Shown piece after piece: positions 32,881 to 44,067 of a stretch of 64,000 nucleotides of DNA. Under the pieces are notes generated by a model that worked only from the letters and a program-made list of their open reading frames with translations, was not told where the DNA came from and did no database searches. The stretch is from the NCBI GenBank assembly GCA_020723925.1, contig DYHX01000001.1:5687-69686 (forward strand), in the 5' to 3' direction. The translations under genes and the position numbers were made by a program. This DNA comes from Nitrospira japonica. Its GTDB lineage: Bacteria; Nitrospirota; Thermodesulfovibrionia; Thermodesulfovibrionales; DYHX01. Within the stretch, counting starts at the first letter, position 1; each line of letters opens with the position of its first letter.

Positions 32881-34104
32881 TTATGTCCTTATTATATCTA
32901 CAGGCTGAATTGTGGTTGCCCTTTTTGATGGGTAAATGCCTGCCAGTATGCCGACTGTTACAGATGCAAAGAAAGAGATCACAAAACCCATGGGAGATAC
33001 TGTGAAGGGAAGCTCTGAGAGCTTAGAGATTATAACACTTGCGATAAAACCCATCACCACGCCAACCATCCCGCCTGTCAGCGATATAAAGGATGCCTCC
33101 ATCAAAAACTGGAGTATTATATCCCTTTTCCTTGAGCCAACAGCCCTTCTGATGCCTATCTCAACACGCCTCTCATTTACTATCAAGATCATTATCGATA
33201 GGATTCCAAGCCCTCCAATGGTGAAAGAAACGACGGATGATATTCTTCCAAGCACAGCTATTGTACTCATGGCCTGGGTCTTTAGTGCCATCACATCCTT
33301 GAGGTCTATAACTGTGAAGTCATCTTTCTGACCTTCTTTAATCTTATGTCTTTTCCTTAAAAGCTCCTCGATCGCTTTTTTTGTATTCGATATGAACTCC
33401 TCTCTCAAGACCTGCACATAGATGTTATTTATAAACTCTTTATTAACGAATCTCCTTAAATATGTATTTAGAGGCATGAATAACTTGTTATCCTGGTCAA
33501 CCCCTGATATGTCAACGCCCTTACTTTCCATAATGCCTATGACCTGACATGGAACCCTGTAGATATAGATATATTCCCCAATGGGGTTTTTATCCCCAAA
33601 GAGTTTTTCTGAAACCCTGCTTCCTAACACAACAACCCTTTCGAGGTTTTTATTGTCCTCATCTCTGAAGAAACTGCCCTCTTTGACATGAAAGTTTCTT
33701 ACCTCTGTGAAGTTTGGCGTTGTTCCAACAGCAAGGACAGAGGTAAGGGTTATATTTCCGTATCTAACAGGAAAGGGTCTATTGCCTGCTGGTGTAATCT
33801 CATTGATATAAGGAGACCTGTCCATTATGGCCTCTGCATCAGCTATTGTAAGGTTTGTTGCCTCTGAAAGGAGCCTTGTCTGCGTCCCTACCTTTCTTAC
33901 TATGCCGCTTCTTACGATGAGAAGGTTCTTGCCAAGGGTCTCTACCTCCACCTCTGTCTTTTTTGCAAGGGACTCTGAAAGGTTCGAAACCACTATCAAA
34001 GAGAATGCACCGAGAAAAACCCCAAGGACAGCAAGGGATGTCCTCAGCTTGAAGTTATATAGAGATCTTACAGCGATTCTTAGATTTAAGATGACCCTTC
34101 TCAT
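32881..34104 (-). CDS. ABC transporter permease, MacB/FtsX type
   Basis: N-terminal TM, a periplasmic domain of about 220 aa and a C-terminal FtsX 3-TM bundle (EIGIRRAVGSRKRDI). Confidence 0.8.
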   Translation of the reverse strand: MRRVILNLRIAVRSLYNFKLRTSLAVLGVFLGAFSLIVVSNLSESLAKKTEVEVETLGKNLLIVRSGIVRKVGTQTRLLSEATNLTIADAEAIMDRSPYINEITPAGNRPFPVRYGNITLTSVLAVGTTPNFTEVRNFHVKEGSFFRDEDNKNLERVVVLGSRVSEKLFGDKNPIGEYIYIYRVPCQVIGIMESKGVDISGVDQDNKLFMPLNTYLRRFVNKEFINNIYVQVLREEFISNTKKAIEELLRKRHKIKEGQKDDFTVIDLKDVMALKTQAMSTIAVLGRISSVVSFTIGGLGILSIMILIVNERRVEIGIRRAVGSRKRDIILQFLMEASFISLTGGMVGVVMGFIASVIISKLSELPFTVSPMGFVISFFASVTVGILAGIYPSKRATTIQPVDIIRT

Positions 34105-35315
34105 TCCCTTATCGCCTCGATAGGCTTCAGGTTAGCTGCCCTTTTGGCGGGTTGAAGCCCAAAGCCAATGCCAACTATCCATGAGAGTAAAAGCCCGACT
34201 GCAAAGGACTTCCATGAAAAATATATGGGGAAGTCAGCTACAAGAATGAGTAGTCTTGAAGACACGAGTCCGAGCATGAATCCTAATAACCCTCCGAGTG
34301 ATGTGATGATTACTGCTTCTGAGAGGAACTGAAGGAGTATATCCTTTTTCTTTGCCCCTGTTGCCCGCCTGATACCTATCTCATTTGTCCTTTCTTTTAC
34401 AGATAAGAGGAAAAGATTGGCAAGCACAAAACCAGCAACAGTAAGTGATATGAGTCCTACAATGCCAAGAAATATAACAAGGGAACCTGTAAGGGCAACA
34501 AGGAGTTTTGTTATTTCCTTTGGGGTTATAATCCTGAAGTCATCGGGCTGTCCATCAGGTATCCTATGCCGGTATCTCAGGAAGGCTCTTAGTTCATCCG
34601 CTCGCTTATATAGATTTTCCTGATCAATGAACCTCACCCTTAATGCAGAGATATATTTTGTCTCATTCTGTATCTTTCTCATCACAGAACTCAGAGGCAT
34701 AATGATCCTGTCGTCGAGGTTGTGTCCTGTAGCAGACATTCCCCTTTCTGACAATACACCTATTATCTGGACAGGCATACCCTTAATGAGTATGTATTTT
34801 CCAACAGGGTCTTTATCCCCAAAGAGTTCTTTTAAAAGATACTGTCCAATCAACCCCACATTCCTTAATCCCTTAATATCTTCTGAAGTAAAATCAGAAC
34901 CCTGTATTACAGGCCATGTCCATACACGACTGTAGTCCTCGGTTGAGCCGATTACCTGTGTCTGATGTTTTTTGTCTCTGTAGGATGCATTCACGCCTGA
35001 TTGGGATGTCATTGGCACAACCATATATGCGTTTGGAAATGCCTGTCTTACAGCCCCCACATCTTCAAGTGTGAGCGTCTTCTGTCTCATCCCTATTGCC
35101 CTTGCTTCTTCACCACCACTTAATACCAGAACAGAGTCAGGCCCAAATCGCGCCACCATCTCGAAGGCCTTTTTATAGGCACCTTCCACTGCTGCGACTA
35201 TTATGACTATAGAGGCAATACCAAGGGCAACACTTAAAAGACAGAAGAAGGTTCTTAGTTTAAATGCCCTTACAGCCCTGATTGATTGAGAGATGATTCT
35301 AATTAAGCGATTCAT
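34101..35315 (-). CDS. ABC transporter permease, MacB/FtsX type (paralogue)
   Basis: Same architecture (EIGIRRATGAKKKDI) and overlaps its neighbours by 4 and 17 nt. Confidence 0.8.
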   Translation of the reverse strand: MNRLIRIISQSIRAVRAFKLRTFFCLLSVALGIASIVIIVAAVEGAYKKAFEMVARFGPDSVLVLSGGEEARAIGMRQKTLTLEDVGAVRQAFPNAYMVVPMTSQSGVNASYRDKKHQTQVIGSTEDYSRVWTWPVIQGSDFTSEDIKGLRNVGLIGQYLLKELFGDKDPVGKYILIKGMPVQIIGVLSERGMSATGHNLDDRIIMPLSSVMRKIQNETKYISALRVRFIDQENLYKRADELRAFLRYRHRIPDGQPDDFRIITPKEITKLLVALTGSLVIFLGIVGLISLTVAGFVLANLFLLSVKERTNEIGIRRATGAKKKDILLQFLSEAVIITSLGGLLGFMLGLVSSRLLILVADFPIYFSWKSFAVGLLLSWIVGIGFGLQPAKRAANLKPIEAIRE

Positions 35316-36060
35316 CGGTGATGAGCCCGTCGCTTATCCTGATAACCCTTTTAGCATAAGATGCGATGTTTTGGTCATGGGTTACAACAATAATGTTCCT
35401 ACCACTTTCATTCATCTTTGCAAGGATATCCATAATCTCCTTGGCAGTCTTACTGTCAAGCTGGCCTGTTGGCTCATCTGCAAGGATTAGCTCTGGCCCA
35501 TTTATCAATGCCCTTGCTATGGCAACACGCTGCATCTGACCTCCTGAGAGTTGTTTAGGCTTAAATTTAGCTCTATCTTCAAGGCCAACCATCCTGAGCA
35601 CCTCCATTGCCATGTCCTCAACATCATTTGTGGTTCTGTCAAGATAAATGGTAGGGAGCATCACATTCTCAAGGACAGTTGCATAGGGCATGAGGTAAAA
35701 ATTTTGAAAGACAAACCCTATAAGCTCATTTCTTACAACTGACAGTTCATCGTCGCTTAAGTTCGAGACCTCTTTACCATTCAGGATATATCTTCCTGAT
35801 GTAGGCACATCAAGGCAGCCGATGAGGTTCATTAAGGTTGTCTTGCCAGAGCCTGATATCCCCATTATTGCCACGAATTCTCCTCTTTCTATCTGGAGGT
35901 TAATACCCTTCAATGCCTCAACATCCTCATCACCTATCCTGTAGGTCTTCTTTATATTTTCCATCAGGCATAGAAGTTCGGAGTGCTGAGTTCGGAGTTC
36001 GGAGATTTTCTCACATTTAACTTGCAGTTTTAATTTTTTTTCATCACTCCTAACTTCCAA
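35299..36060 (-). CDS. ABC transporter ATP-binding protein (MacB-type ATPase)
   Basis: Walker A GISGSGKTT, LSGGQMQRVAIARAL, LILADEPTGQLD. The conserved start is MENIKKTYRIG at 35964. The 32 upstream codons are heptamer-repeat DNA. Confidence 0.85.
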   Translation of the reverse strand: MEVRSDEKKLKLQVKCEKISELRTQHSELLCLMENIKKTYRIGDEDVEALKGINLQIERGEFVAIMGISGSGKTTLMNLIGCLDVPTSGRYILNGKEVSNLSDDELSVVRNELIGFVFQNFYLMPYATVLENVMLPTIYLDRTTNDVEDMAMEVLRMVGLEDRAKFKPKQLSGGQMQRVAIARALINGPELILADEPTGQLDSKTAKEIMDILAKMNESGRNIIVVTHDQNIASYAKRVIRISDGLITDESLN

Positions 36061-36079
36061 TTCTTAACTCCTAACTTTT

Positions 36080-37258
36080 TTATTTAGCTGATACAGGCAA
36101 TATCAGCTTTGTTGCCAATCTATCATCTTGTTTAAGCCCTGAGATTATCTCTGTCTTTTCCTCTCCTCTGACTCCTATCTTTACCTCTACCTTTTCTACC
36201 TTATCTGGGCCGACGACTTTATAGGCGATCTGTTTTCCTTTCTCAAACTTAATGGCAGCATTGGGTGCTGTGAGTATATCTGCCTTTTCTTCAGAGATTA
36301 TCCTTACATGGGTCGTCATCTCAGGCCTGAGAAATACCGCATCCTCTGGAGATACCTTCACGATGGCAAGATAATAGACTATATTATCTTTTACCTGAGG
36401 TTGTGGATAGACCTTCTCTATAGCGCCTGAAAATGTCTTATTCGGGAAGGTATCAACAGAATATTCAACCCTCTGTCCTGCCTTTACCCTACCAACATCC
36501 GTCTCATCCACATATATCCACATATCGAGCCTTGTGGGGTCAAGGACTGTTACGAGGTTTGCAACCTGCAAGCCTGCAACAATGGTTTCCCCTTCCTGTG
36601 CCGTTACATCAGAGACAATCCCATCAATTGGTGCATAAATCTTCGTATATGTAAGCTTTATCTCCTGCTGTTTTAAAGATGCGGAGTGGTCTTCCACATT
36701 TGCCTTTGCTATCTTCAATTGTGTCCTGTATTCATCTTCAAGCCTCTTAAGGGTTGCCTCTGTTGCCTCAAACTGGCTTCTTGCCTTATCAACGCTGTCC
36801 TTTGTTGTGTATTCGTGTCTGAGGAGCTCTACCTCCCTTTCGTAGTTTATCTTTGCGTAGCTATGGTTAGCCCTTGCCTCTTCTATTCGTTTTGGATAAG
36901 TGAGTTCAACCTGTGTCAGGGTATTTTTTGCTGAATCAAAGGCTGCCCCCTGTTGCTCAATGGCCTTAAGGATTTCCCTGTCATCAATCATAGCAATCAA
37001 CTGCCCTCTTTTTACCCTGTCTCCTATCTTTACATTCATCTTAACAATAGTGCCTGTTGCCCTTGCCCCGACCTTAACAACAGCGCCAACCTGTGGCTTA
37101 ATAATCCCTGTCTCTACAAGAACACCTCTGATACTGCCCTTTTCAACCTTTGCAGTCTCTAATACCTTTATTGTTGGCTTTACAAAAATTTTCTTATATC
37201 CAAAATAGCCTCCAATTGATATTGCGATTATGACCAGGCCGATGATGAGTCTTTTCAT
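36080..37258 (-). CDS. HlyD/MacA-family periplasmic adaptor
   Basis: N-terminal anchor, lipoyl-like halves flanking a long coiled-coil, and a beta-barrel domain. It sits in an operon with the ABC and TolC genes. Confidence 0.8.
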   Translation of the reverse strand: MKRLIIGLVIIAISIGGYFGYKKIFVKPTIKVLETAKVEKGSIRGVLVETGIIKPQVGAVVKVGARATGTIVKMNVKIGDRVKRGQLIAMIDDREILKAIEQQGAAFDSAKNTLTQVELTYPKRIEEARANHSYAKINYEREVELLRHEYTTKDSVDKARSQFEATEATLKRLEDEYRTQLKIAKANVEDHSASLKQQEIKLTYTKIYAPIDGIVSDVTAQEGETIVAGLQVANLVTVLDPTRLDMWIYVDETDVGRVKAGQRVEYSVDTFPNKTFSGAIEKVYPQPQVKDNIVYYLAIVKVSPEDAVFLRPEMTTHVRIISEEKADILTAPNAAIKFEKGKQIAYKVVGPDKVEKVEVKIGVRGEEKTEIISGLKQDDRLATKLILPVSAK

Positions 37259-38532
37259 CTGAATTCCTCCAATCTATGTATACCTGCTACCCTTTCAATC
37301 GTGGACTTTGAAAGGATTAGATTAAGCTTTGAATCTATCAGCTGCTGTCTTGCATTGGCAAGGGCGCTTTCTGCCTGAACAAGGGAAAGGATATCGCCCT
37401 TGCCGACCTTGTATTCTCCAAATGCCTGAGCGTAATTCTGCTCAGCCTGTTTTAATTGCTCCTCTGCTACCCTAACCTTGCTTAAGGCAATAATGAAGTC
37501 CTGATAACTCTTTGTCACATCAAGGGATACTTGCCTTATTATATCGTTGAGGGTTTCACCTGAAACCTGGCTTTCTGCCTCTGATGCCTTCTTTTTATAA
37601 AACTTGCCAAGCTCAAAGATATTCCATGTGATGGTTATGCCAGCGCTTTTTTCCTCAGGAGAAAATATGCGAGAGCCACCTCCGCCTGTCTTTGTGTACG
37701 ATGCACTGGCAGATACCTTTGGATAAAATTCGCTCATGGTGAGGAATAAATTACTCCTTGCAATCTCCTCAGAAAGCCTATACTTCTTTATCTCTGGCCT
37801 TTCCAGTGTTCGTTCGATCAATCTCTGGAGGTTAATCTCTCTGAGATCTGTCTCTAAAGAGCCTTCTAATCTATATTCGCTATCAAGCGGCCTTCCTATC
37901 AGAGAATTAAGGTCTGATAATGCATTCCTGCAATCACCCTCCGCCTGTATGAGATTGAATTTTGCCTGCTCAAGCCTCACAGATGCCTGCAACACATCAG
38001 ACAATTTTGCAACTCCCAACCTATACCTTCCCTCTGCTACCTCATGGTCTTTCTCTGTGTCCTTTAGTGCTATCCTTCTCTGATCCAGGATTTCCAGTTG
38101 TGCCAATGCCCTGTAAAAGGCATTTTTCACATTGAATTCAAGTTCAAGTGTGTTTCTTTCGAGTTCCTGTCTGTCCTGCTCGAGGCTTAGTCTTGCAATC
38201 TGCCTGTTTGTCTTTCTCTTTCCCGCATCAAATAGTGTGTAGCCCATTGTTAAGCTATAGCTTCTTGTGTCATATTCTTCTGAATTGGTAAAGAATTTTT
38301 TATTTGATGTTGAAAGGTCAATGCTTGGCAGATATGGTGATAAGGATGCCCAGTAGAGGTTTTCTGATGCCTGTATCTTTATAATGGATGCCTTGTATGA
38401 GGGAAGCTTTTCTTTGGCCATCTTGATCGCCTCATCTAAAGACAGTGCAAATGCAGTAAGGGGGCCTATCAGGACAATAAAGGCTGTCAAAAGATATGAT
38501 ACCGTGTATTTCGTTTTAAACTGCCTTCTCAT
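37255..38532 (-). CDS. TolC-family outer-membrane efflux protein
   Basis: Signal peptide and two tandem OEP repeats with coiled-coil character. Confidence 0.8.
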   Translation of the reverse strand: MRRQFKTKYTVSYLLTAFIVLIGPLTAFALSLDEAIKMAKEKLPSYKASIIKIQASENLYWASLSPYLPSIDLSTSNKKFFTNSEEYDTRSYSLTMGYTLFDAGKRKTNRQIARLSLEQDRQELERNTLELEFNVKNAFYRALAQLEILDQRRIALKDTEKDHEVAEGRYRLGVAKLSDVLQASVRLEQAKFNLIQAEGDCRNALSDLNSLIGRPLDSEYRLEGSLETDLREINLQRLIERTLERPEIKKYRLSEEIARSNLFLTMSEFYPKVSASASYTKTGGGGSRIFSPEEKSAGITITWNIFELGKFYKKKASEAESQVSGETLNDIIRQVSLDVTKSYQDFIIALSKVRVAEEQLKQAEQNYAQAFGEYKVGKGDILSLVQAESALANARQQLIDSKLNLILSKSTIERVAGIHRLEEFR

Positions 38533-38747
38533 GATCTCCTCTATGTTAGGATGTCAGGCAGGATGCCTGACCTGTTTTTACACAAAAAAATATATACGAA
38601 ATCCAGGAAAATAGCCGAGGCATCGAATTTTCCGGGGGTATTATTACTTTAAAATTATCTCTTATGTGCTCTACAAGTCTTCTATCTTTTTTGTCATAAG
38701 CTCCAGAGAAAAGTTGCATAAGCACCACCGAGCTAAAGACAATAAGG

Positions 38748-38823
38748 TGGCGGTCCCAACGGGATTCGAACCCGTGTTTTAGCCTTGAGAGGGCCACGTC
38801 CTAGGCCTCTAGACGATGGGACC
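38748..38823 (-). tRNA. tRNA-Glu (anticodon CUC), CCA encoded
   Basis: The reverse complement GGTCCCATCGTCTAGAGGCCTAGGACGTGGCCCTCTCAAGGCTAAAACACGGGTTCGAATCCCGTTGGGACCGCCA folds into a full cloverleaf with anticodon loop CTCTCAA. Confidence 0.9.
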
Positions 38824-38930
38824 ATACTCTCAGTGAACAGTGAATAGTTATTAGTGAATAGTAAAAACAGACGATGAAAAATAAGCTTTTAAACTAACTA
38901 CTGTTCACTATTCACTGATTACTGTTGTTC

Positions 38931-39004
38931 TGGCTGGGGAGAGAGGATTCGAACCCCTATAAGCAGATCCAGAGTCTGCCGTCCTGCCATTGGACGACTC
39001 CCCA
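38931..39004 (-). tRNA. tRNA-Gln (anticodon CUG), CCA encoded
   Basis: The reverse complement TGGGGAGTCGTCCAATGGCAGGACGGCAGACTCTGGATCTGCTTATAGGGGTTCGAATCCTCTCTCCCCAGCCA folds as a cloverleaf with anticodon loop CTCTGGA. Confidence 0.9.
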
Positions 39005-39193
39005 GGAAACCAAAATTTATAACATAAAAATGCAGCCTTTGTAAATGCTAACAAATCAAGACAAAACCCAAATTCGAAATCATAAATCCTGCTTATGTTG
39101 GTGCTTAGGATTTATAGTGAAAGACTTGAATAAGGCGACATTGGCTACTTTCTTTTGTCTTTTACTATAGATATTAGGATTTTGAATTTCTTC

Positions 39194-39649
39194 TTACTTA
39201 TGCTCAAATAGGGTTTTGACTTCATCCATCAGCTCGTTTATATCTTTGAATTGTCTGTAGACAGATGCAAACCTCACATAAGCGACTTTATCAAGGTTCT
39301 TAAGTGAAGACATGACTTCCTCGCCGACCCATGTGCTCGGGATTTCTTTTACACCAAGGCCGAGGAGTTTTTTTTCTATTGAATCCACAACTTTTTCACG
39401 GGTTACCATGTCTATCGGTCTTTTTTCGCATGCCTTCTCAAGACCGTGCAGGATTTTTTGTCTGTCAAAGGGTTCCCGCCTTCCATCTTTCTTTACGACC
39501 ATCGGGATTATATCCTCAACGCGTTCATAGGATGTGAAACGTTTCCCGCATTTCAGGCACTCGCGCCTTCTGCGTATCGCATCTCCTTCTTTGCTTGTCC
39601 GCGAGTCGATAACCTTGTCTTCTATGTTGCCGCAGAAAGGACACTTCAT
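39194..39649 (-). CDS. nrdR: Transcriptional repressor NrdR
   Basis: MKCPFCGN...[12 protein letters not shown] zinc ribbon plus an ATP-cone. Confidence 0.9.
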   Translation of the reverse strand: MKCPFCGNIEDKVIDSRTSKEGDAIRRRRECLKCGKRFTSYERVEDIIPMVVKKDGRREPFDRQKILHGLEKACEKRPIDMVTREKVVDSIEKKLLGLGVKEIPSTWVGEEVMSSLKNLDKVAYVRFASVYRQFKDINELMDEVKTLFEHK

Positions 39650-39763
39650 CCGAAAATACCAACAGAATTAACCACAGAGAACATAGAGGTCAACATCTCT
39701 CATCCATAGTTTTCCCTATCTCCCTCATGTCGTAACTCCGTGTCTCCATGGTTTATGTTTTCA

Positions 39764-39916
39764 TTATTACCTAAATTGAGCGATTCTTTGATTATAAATC
39801 ACTCTTTGACAGGCGAGACGCCTGTCCTACTGTTTGACGACATCACCCATAGGGTAGGACAGCCGTCTCGGCTGTCATGGGTTTGTATAATAAATCGCTC
39901 AACTTGGGTATTAATA
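39764..39916. mobile_element. Second copy of the MITE/REPIN-like module B
   Basis: Same TIRs and identical inner GTAG palindromes as 12968-13121. Its end overlaps the glyA stop region. Confidence 0.8.
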
Positions 39917-41149
39917 TATTGGAAACTGCTGGCAAATGGCCTTTGTTTTTTCCCTCAAGCCCTTAATTTTAGATTCGTCCTTTGTATTTTTAATAACATC
40001 ATCTATCATACTTGCAATTTCCACCATCTCAGCCTCTCCCATCCCCCTTGTGGTAACGGATGGTGTCCCGATCCTTATCCCGCTTGTGATGGTCGGTGGT
40101 TTTTCATCGTACGGTATTGAATTTTTGTTTACTGTTATCCCTGCCAGATCAAGGGCATCTTCAGCCTCTTTACCCGTAATGCCTTTGTTTGTAAGGTCAA
40201 CAAGCATAAGGTGGTTGTCTGTACCGCCGGATATAATCTTGAACCCCCTTTTCATCAGCTCTTCAGCTAACCTCTTTGCATATTTTATTACCCTATACTG
40301 ATAGTCCTTGAATTCCTTGTTCAGAGCCTCTTTGAATGCAACTGCCTTTGCAGCAATGACGTGCACGAGCGGGCCTCCCTGGATTCCAGGAAATATCATC
40401 CTATCTATAGCCTTTGCATACTCTGCCTTGCACATTATCATCCCACCCCTTGGACCGCGAAGGGTCTTGTGAGTTGTTGTTGTGACAAAGTCTGCATAAT
40501 GCACAGGGGATGGATGAAGTCCTGCTGCTATGAGCCCTGCGATATGTGCGATGTCTGCCATCAGATACGCCCCAACCTCTTTTGCAATCTCAGAGAAGAC
40601 CTTGAAATCGAGTGTTCTTGAATATGCACTTGCGCCAACGAGGATCATCCTCGGTTTGTTTTCTATTGCAAGGCGTCTGACCTCATCATAGTCTATATGG
40701 CCTGTCTCCCTGGTTACACCATATGGCACATTTTTATAGAGTATCCCGGAGAAGTTTACGGATGCACCGTGGGATAGGTGTCCTCCATGGCTGAGGCTCA
40801 TTCCGAGGATTGTATCTCCCGGCTTAAGGAATGAGAAATAGACGGCCATGTTTGCCTGTGAGCCTGAATGTGGCTGGACATTCACATGTTCTGCTCCGAA
40901 TAGTTCCTTTGCACGTTCTATCGCGACGGTTTCGACAACATCAGCATACTCGCATCCTCCATAGTATCTTTTGCCAGGATAGCCTTCAGCATACTTGTTT
41001 GTGAATACAGAGCCCTGTGCCTCGAGGACAGCCCTGCTTGCATAGTTTTCTGATGCAATAAGGACAATCTTTTCTCTTTCTCTTTCTGTCTCTTTCTGTA
41101 TTGAGTCGTAGACCGTGGGATCAGTAAGCCTGAGATTTTCAAGATCCAT
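39911..41149 (-). CDS. glyA: Serine hydroxymethyltransferase
   Basis: Full-length match to the GlyA pattern ([15 protein letters not shown]; [17 protein letters not shown]-lysine motif). Confidence 0.95.
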   Translation of the reverse strand: MDLENLRLTDPTVYDSIQKETEREREKIVLIASENYASRAVLEAQGSVFTNKYAEGYPGKRYYGGCEYADVVETVAIERAKELFGAEHVNVQPHSGSQANMAVYFSFLKPGDTILGMSLSHGGHLSHGASVNFSGILYKNVPYGVTRETGHIDYDEVRRLAIENKPRMILVGASAYSRTLDFKVFSEIAKEVGAYLMADIAHIAGLIAAGLHPSPVHYADFVTTTTHKTLRGPRGGMIMCKAEYAKAIDRMIFPGIQGGPLVHVIAAKAVAFKEALNKEFKDYQYRVIKYAKRLAEELMKRGFKIISGGTDNHLMLVDLTNKGITGKEAEDALDLAGITVNKNSIPYDEKPPTITSGIRIGTPSVTTRGMGEAEMVEIASMIDDVIKNTKDESKIKGLREKTKAICQQFPIY

Positions 41150-41597
41150 GTCTTGTTATGCGTTCCTCTATCTGTTTTATTTTGTTGAGCCTGTTTATAT
41201 GTCTTCCGCCCTCAAAAAGAGTGTTCATCCATACCCTGACAATCTCCTTTGCAAGGTCATTGCCGACAATCCTACCGCCAATTACAAGGATATTTGCATC
41301 ATTATGCATTCTGCTCATCTTTGCTGTAAACAGGTCATTGCAGAGTGATGCCCTTATGCCCGGAAACTTATTTGCGACTATGGACATCCCTATGCCTGTG
41401 CCGCAGATAAGTATCCCTCTGTCGACCTTGCCGGTGGAGACTGCATCAGAAACCTTTTCCCCAAAATCAGGATAATCTACGGATTGAGGGCTGTCTGTGC
41501 CGTAGTCAAGACACTCTATACCCATATCCCATAGGAGAGAAATAAGCTCTTGTTTGAGTTCTATCCCAGCGTGATCGCAACCGATTGCTACTACCAT
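41139..41597 (-). CDS. rpiB: Ribose-5-phosphate isomerase B (RpiB/LacA family)
   Basis: VAIGCDHAG...[16 protein letters not shown] motif. Confidence 0.9.
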   Translation of the reverse strand: MVVAIGCDHAGIELKQELISLLWDMGIECLDYGTDSPQSVDYPDFGEKVSDAVSTGKVDRGILICGTGIGMSIVANKFPGIRASLCNDLFTAKMSRMHNDANILVIGGRIVGNDLAKEIVRVWMNTLFEGGRHINRLNKIKQIEERITRHGS

Positions 41598-41743
41598 TTA
41601 TGCCTCAGATAAATTATCTTATCCGAGAGATTATTTGGAAGTCAAGAAATTGCGATGACTTGCCACCACAGAAGACGAAAATACATATTCTCGCCTTCGT
41701 CTATTGAGAAAAATGCTTAATTATTGACACCTTTTCCCAGATT

Positions 41744-44065
41744 ATGATACGTTTAACATACAAAATGTCTGATAAGGCAGTGATAATAAAAAAAGCCCAG
41801 AAGTATCTTATAAGAGGGCAGGTGGATAAAGCTATTGCCGAGTGGGAAAAGTTAATAAAAGAAGCTCCTGACGGCAACACCTATAACATAGTTGGCGACT
41901 TATACCTCAAAAAGGGCGATGAAAGGCCTGCCATAGATTTTTTCCACAAAGCAGCACGGTTTTTCAGAAATGAAGGGTTCTCTCTTAAGGCATTAGCCCT
42001 ATATAAGAAGATACTAAATATAAACCCTTCTGACACTAATTCTCTATATGCTCTCGGAGAACTTAGTGAGGAGAAGGGTCTAATAACAGATGCCATAAAG
42101 TACTATCTCGCCACTGCAGATATCCTTTCAAAGGAAGGTAGAAAAGAGAGACTGTTGCAGATTTATGACAGGATACTGAGCCTGTCTCCATCAAATATTC
42201 CTCTGAGGAATAAGGTCGCAGAGTTTTTTGCAAAAGAAGGTTTCAGGACAGAGGTAGCAAAAGAGTATCTGTATATCGCAAGACTATACGATGACAAGGA
42301 CGATTTTGACAGGGCAAAAGAGTACTTTAAAAGAGTCCTGGATATTCAGCGTGATAACAAAGATGCATTGCTCGGGTTAAGCCTTATATACGAAAGGGCA
42401 GGCGATGTCCAGCAGGCAATTGAATATATGGAAGAGGCAATCGCATTTTCTCCGCAAGATACAGAATTATTATTGAGGTGTGCCCAACTCTTGATGATAA
42501 GAGAATCCCTTGCTGATGCAAAGGGTTATGTGTCAAAGGTTATTGAGGCAGAGCCATCAAACATAGCAGCAAGGAAGCTGCTTGGAGAGATTTACCTGAA
42601 GGAGGGAGACAAGCGAAAGGCATGGGAAGATTACAGCGCAGTACTCGATGAGATGGTGCTTAATGAAAAGTCTGATGATGCTGTAAATATCCTGAAAACA
42701 TTTAAAGATATTGATCCAATACAGACAGGAAAGAGACTGGTATCCCTTTATAAACAGACAGGAGACAACGAGGCTGCATTTGATGAGCTGGTCTATCTTG
42801 GTGACATCCTTGTTGACGGTGAGATGCCCAAGGAGGCATTGAGTTGTTATAGGGAAGCGTTGCAGATACATCCTGACAGCGTGGCAGTACAGGATAAGAT
42901 AACTGCGGTCGAAAGGAAGATTGGGGAAGAGCGTATAAAAGTAAGATACGAGAAGTCGGTTGAAGAGGCCATGACAGAGGCGGATATATTCCTGAGATAT
43001 GGTCTATATGACGAAGCAAGGGCACTACTCGAAGAGCTGAAGGACAGAGAGACGGAGAATATCGATGTGCATATGAAGCTTAAATCGCTTTATGTGGCTA
43101 CAGGAGACAAAAATCAGGCAGTGACCGAGTGTTTTATCCTTGCAGAAATCTACGGCAGGGGAGGTGAGATTGAACGGAAAGAGGCTATCCTTAAAGAGGC
43201 ATACGAGATAAGCCCTGAAGACCCGAGGTTGCTCGATAGGATTGCAGCACAGCCTTCAGAAGATGTGGCTCCTGTTTCAGAGAAGCTTGCATCAGAGCCT
43301 GATATAGATGACTACAGTGAAGATATAGTAGAGGCAGAGTTCTATCTGAGGCAGGGACTGACTTATGATGCAATGGAGATATACAAGAAGCTTCTGAAAA
43401 TTTTCCCTGACAATGATGAGATAAGACAGAAACTTTTATCAGTAGGAGCTGGTGAAGAAACTGCCCTTGAAGAGAAGGTAGCAGAAACGGTTGGGACGGA
43501 GCAGCCGGCAGAAAAGCATGTGGTTCAGGAAGGTGGGACCATCGAGGCCCGTGAGGTTCCAGAGCCGACACTTGACAGCAATGCGATTGAGATATTTGAG
43601 GAATTCAAAAAATGTATTGGAAAGGATTTAGAGGCAGAGGATTCAGAGACCCATTACAATCTCGGGCTTGCTTATAGGGAGATGGGTCTGATAGACGATG
43701 CAATAAAGGAGTTCCAGACATCGAGGAATGACCCAAAGAGGTTTATTCAGTCAACAAACATGCTCGGTATATGTTATATGGGAAAGGGGCTTTTCCCCCT
43801 TGCAATTGATTCTTTCAGCAGTGCGCTGGAGAAGATAGACGTGAGAGACGAGTCCTACTTGGGGGTCAAGTATGACCTTGCAGAGGCATACGAAAAGAAT
43901 GGTAATCTTAAAGAAGCATCTGAGTTATATACAGAGGTGTATGGCTGCAATTCGAAGTTCAGGAACGTTGCAGAGAAGATCAACCTGCTGAGGGTCATGC
44001 TCGCAAAGACCGCGGAGACGCCAGAGAAACAAAAGGGAAGAAAGGATAGGGTTTCTTATATTTAA
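41744..44065 (+). CDS. Large TPR-repeat protein
   Basis: Many 34-aa TPR-like units throughout. The start may be MSDKAV at 41765. Confidence 0.75.
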   Translation: MIRLTYKMSDKAVIIKKAQKYLIRGQVDKAIAEWEKLIKEAPDGNTYNIVGDLYLKKGDERPAIDFFHKAARFFRNEGFSLKALALYKKILNINPSDTNSLYALGELSEEKGLITDAIKYYLATADILSKEGRKERLLQIYDRILSLSPSNIPLRNKVAEFFAKEGFRTEVAKEYLYIARLYDDKDDFDRAKEYFKRVLDIQRDNKDALLGLSLIYERAGDVQQAIEYMEEAIAFSPQDTELLLRCAQLLMIRESLADAKGYVSKVIEAEPSNIAARKLLGEIYLKEGDKRKAWEDYSAVLDEMVLNEKSDDAVNILKTFKDIDPIQTGKRLVSLYKQTGDNEAAFDELVYLGDILVDGEMPKEALSCYREALQIHPDSVAVQDKITAVERKIGEERIKVRYEKSVEEAMTEADIFLRYGLYDEARALLEELKDRETENIDVHMKLKSLYVATGDKNQAVTECFILAEIYGRGGEIERKEAILKEAYEISPEDPRLLDRIAAQPSEDVAPVSEKLASEPDIDDYSEDIVEAEFYLRQGLTYDAMEIYKKLLKIFPDNDEIRQKLLSVGAGEETALEEKVAETVGTEQPAEKHVVQEGGTIEAREVPEPTLDSNAIEIFEEFKKCIGKDLEAEDSETHYNLGLAYREMGLIDDAIKEFQTSRNDPKRFIQSTNMLGICYMGKGLFPLAIDSFSSALEKIDVRDESYLGVKYDLAEAYEKNGNLKEASELYTEVYGCNSKFRNVAEKINLLRVMLAKTAETPEKQKGRKDRVSYI

Positions 44066-44067
44066 CT

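Noticed and set aside
38546-38797. 83-aa ORF on the minus strand
   Set aside because: It overlaps tRNA-Glu (38748-38823) and the TolC gene promoter region. It has no recognisable motif, so it is almost certainly spurious.
39740-40120. 126-aa ORF on the plus strand
   Set aside because: It is translated through the MITE-like element and then antisense to the well-supported glyA gene, so it is an artefact of repeat and antisense sequence.
41725-41765. TTGACA / TATGAT promoter-like hexamers upstream of the TPR gene
   Set aside because: The spacer between the hexamers is only about 13 nt and the -10 would overlap the annotated ATG. It is not convincing without transcript data.
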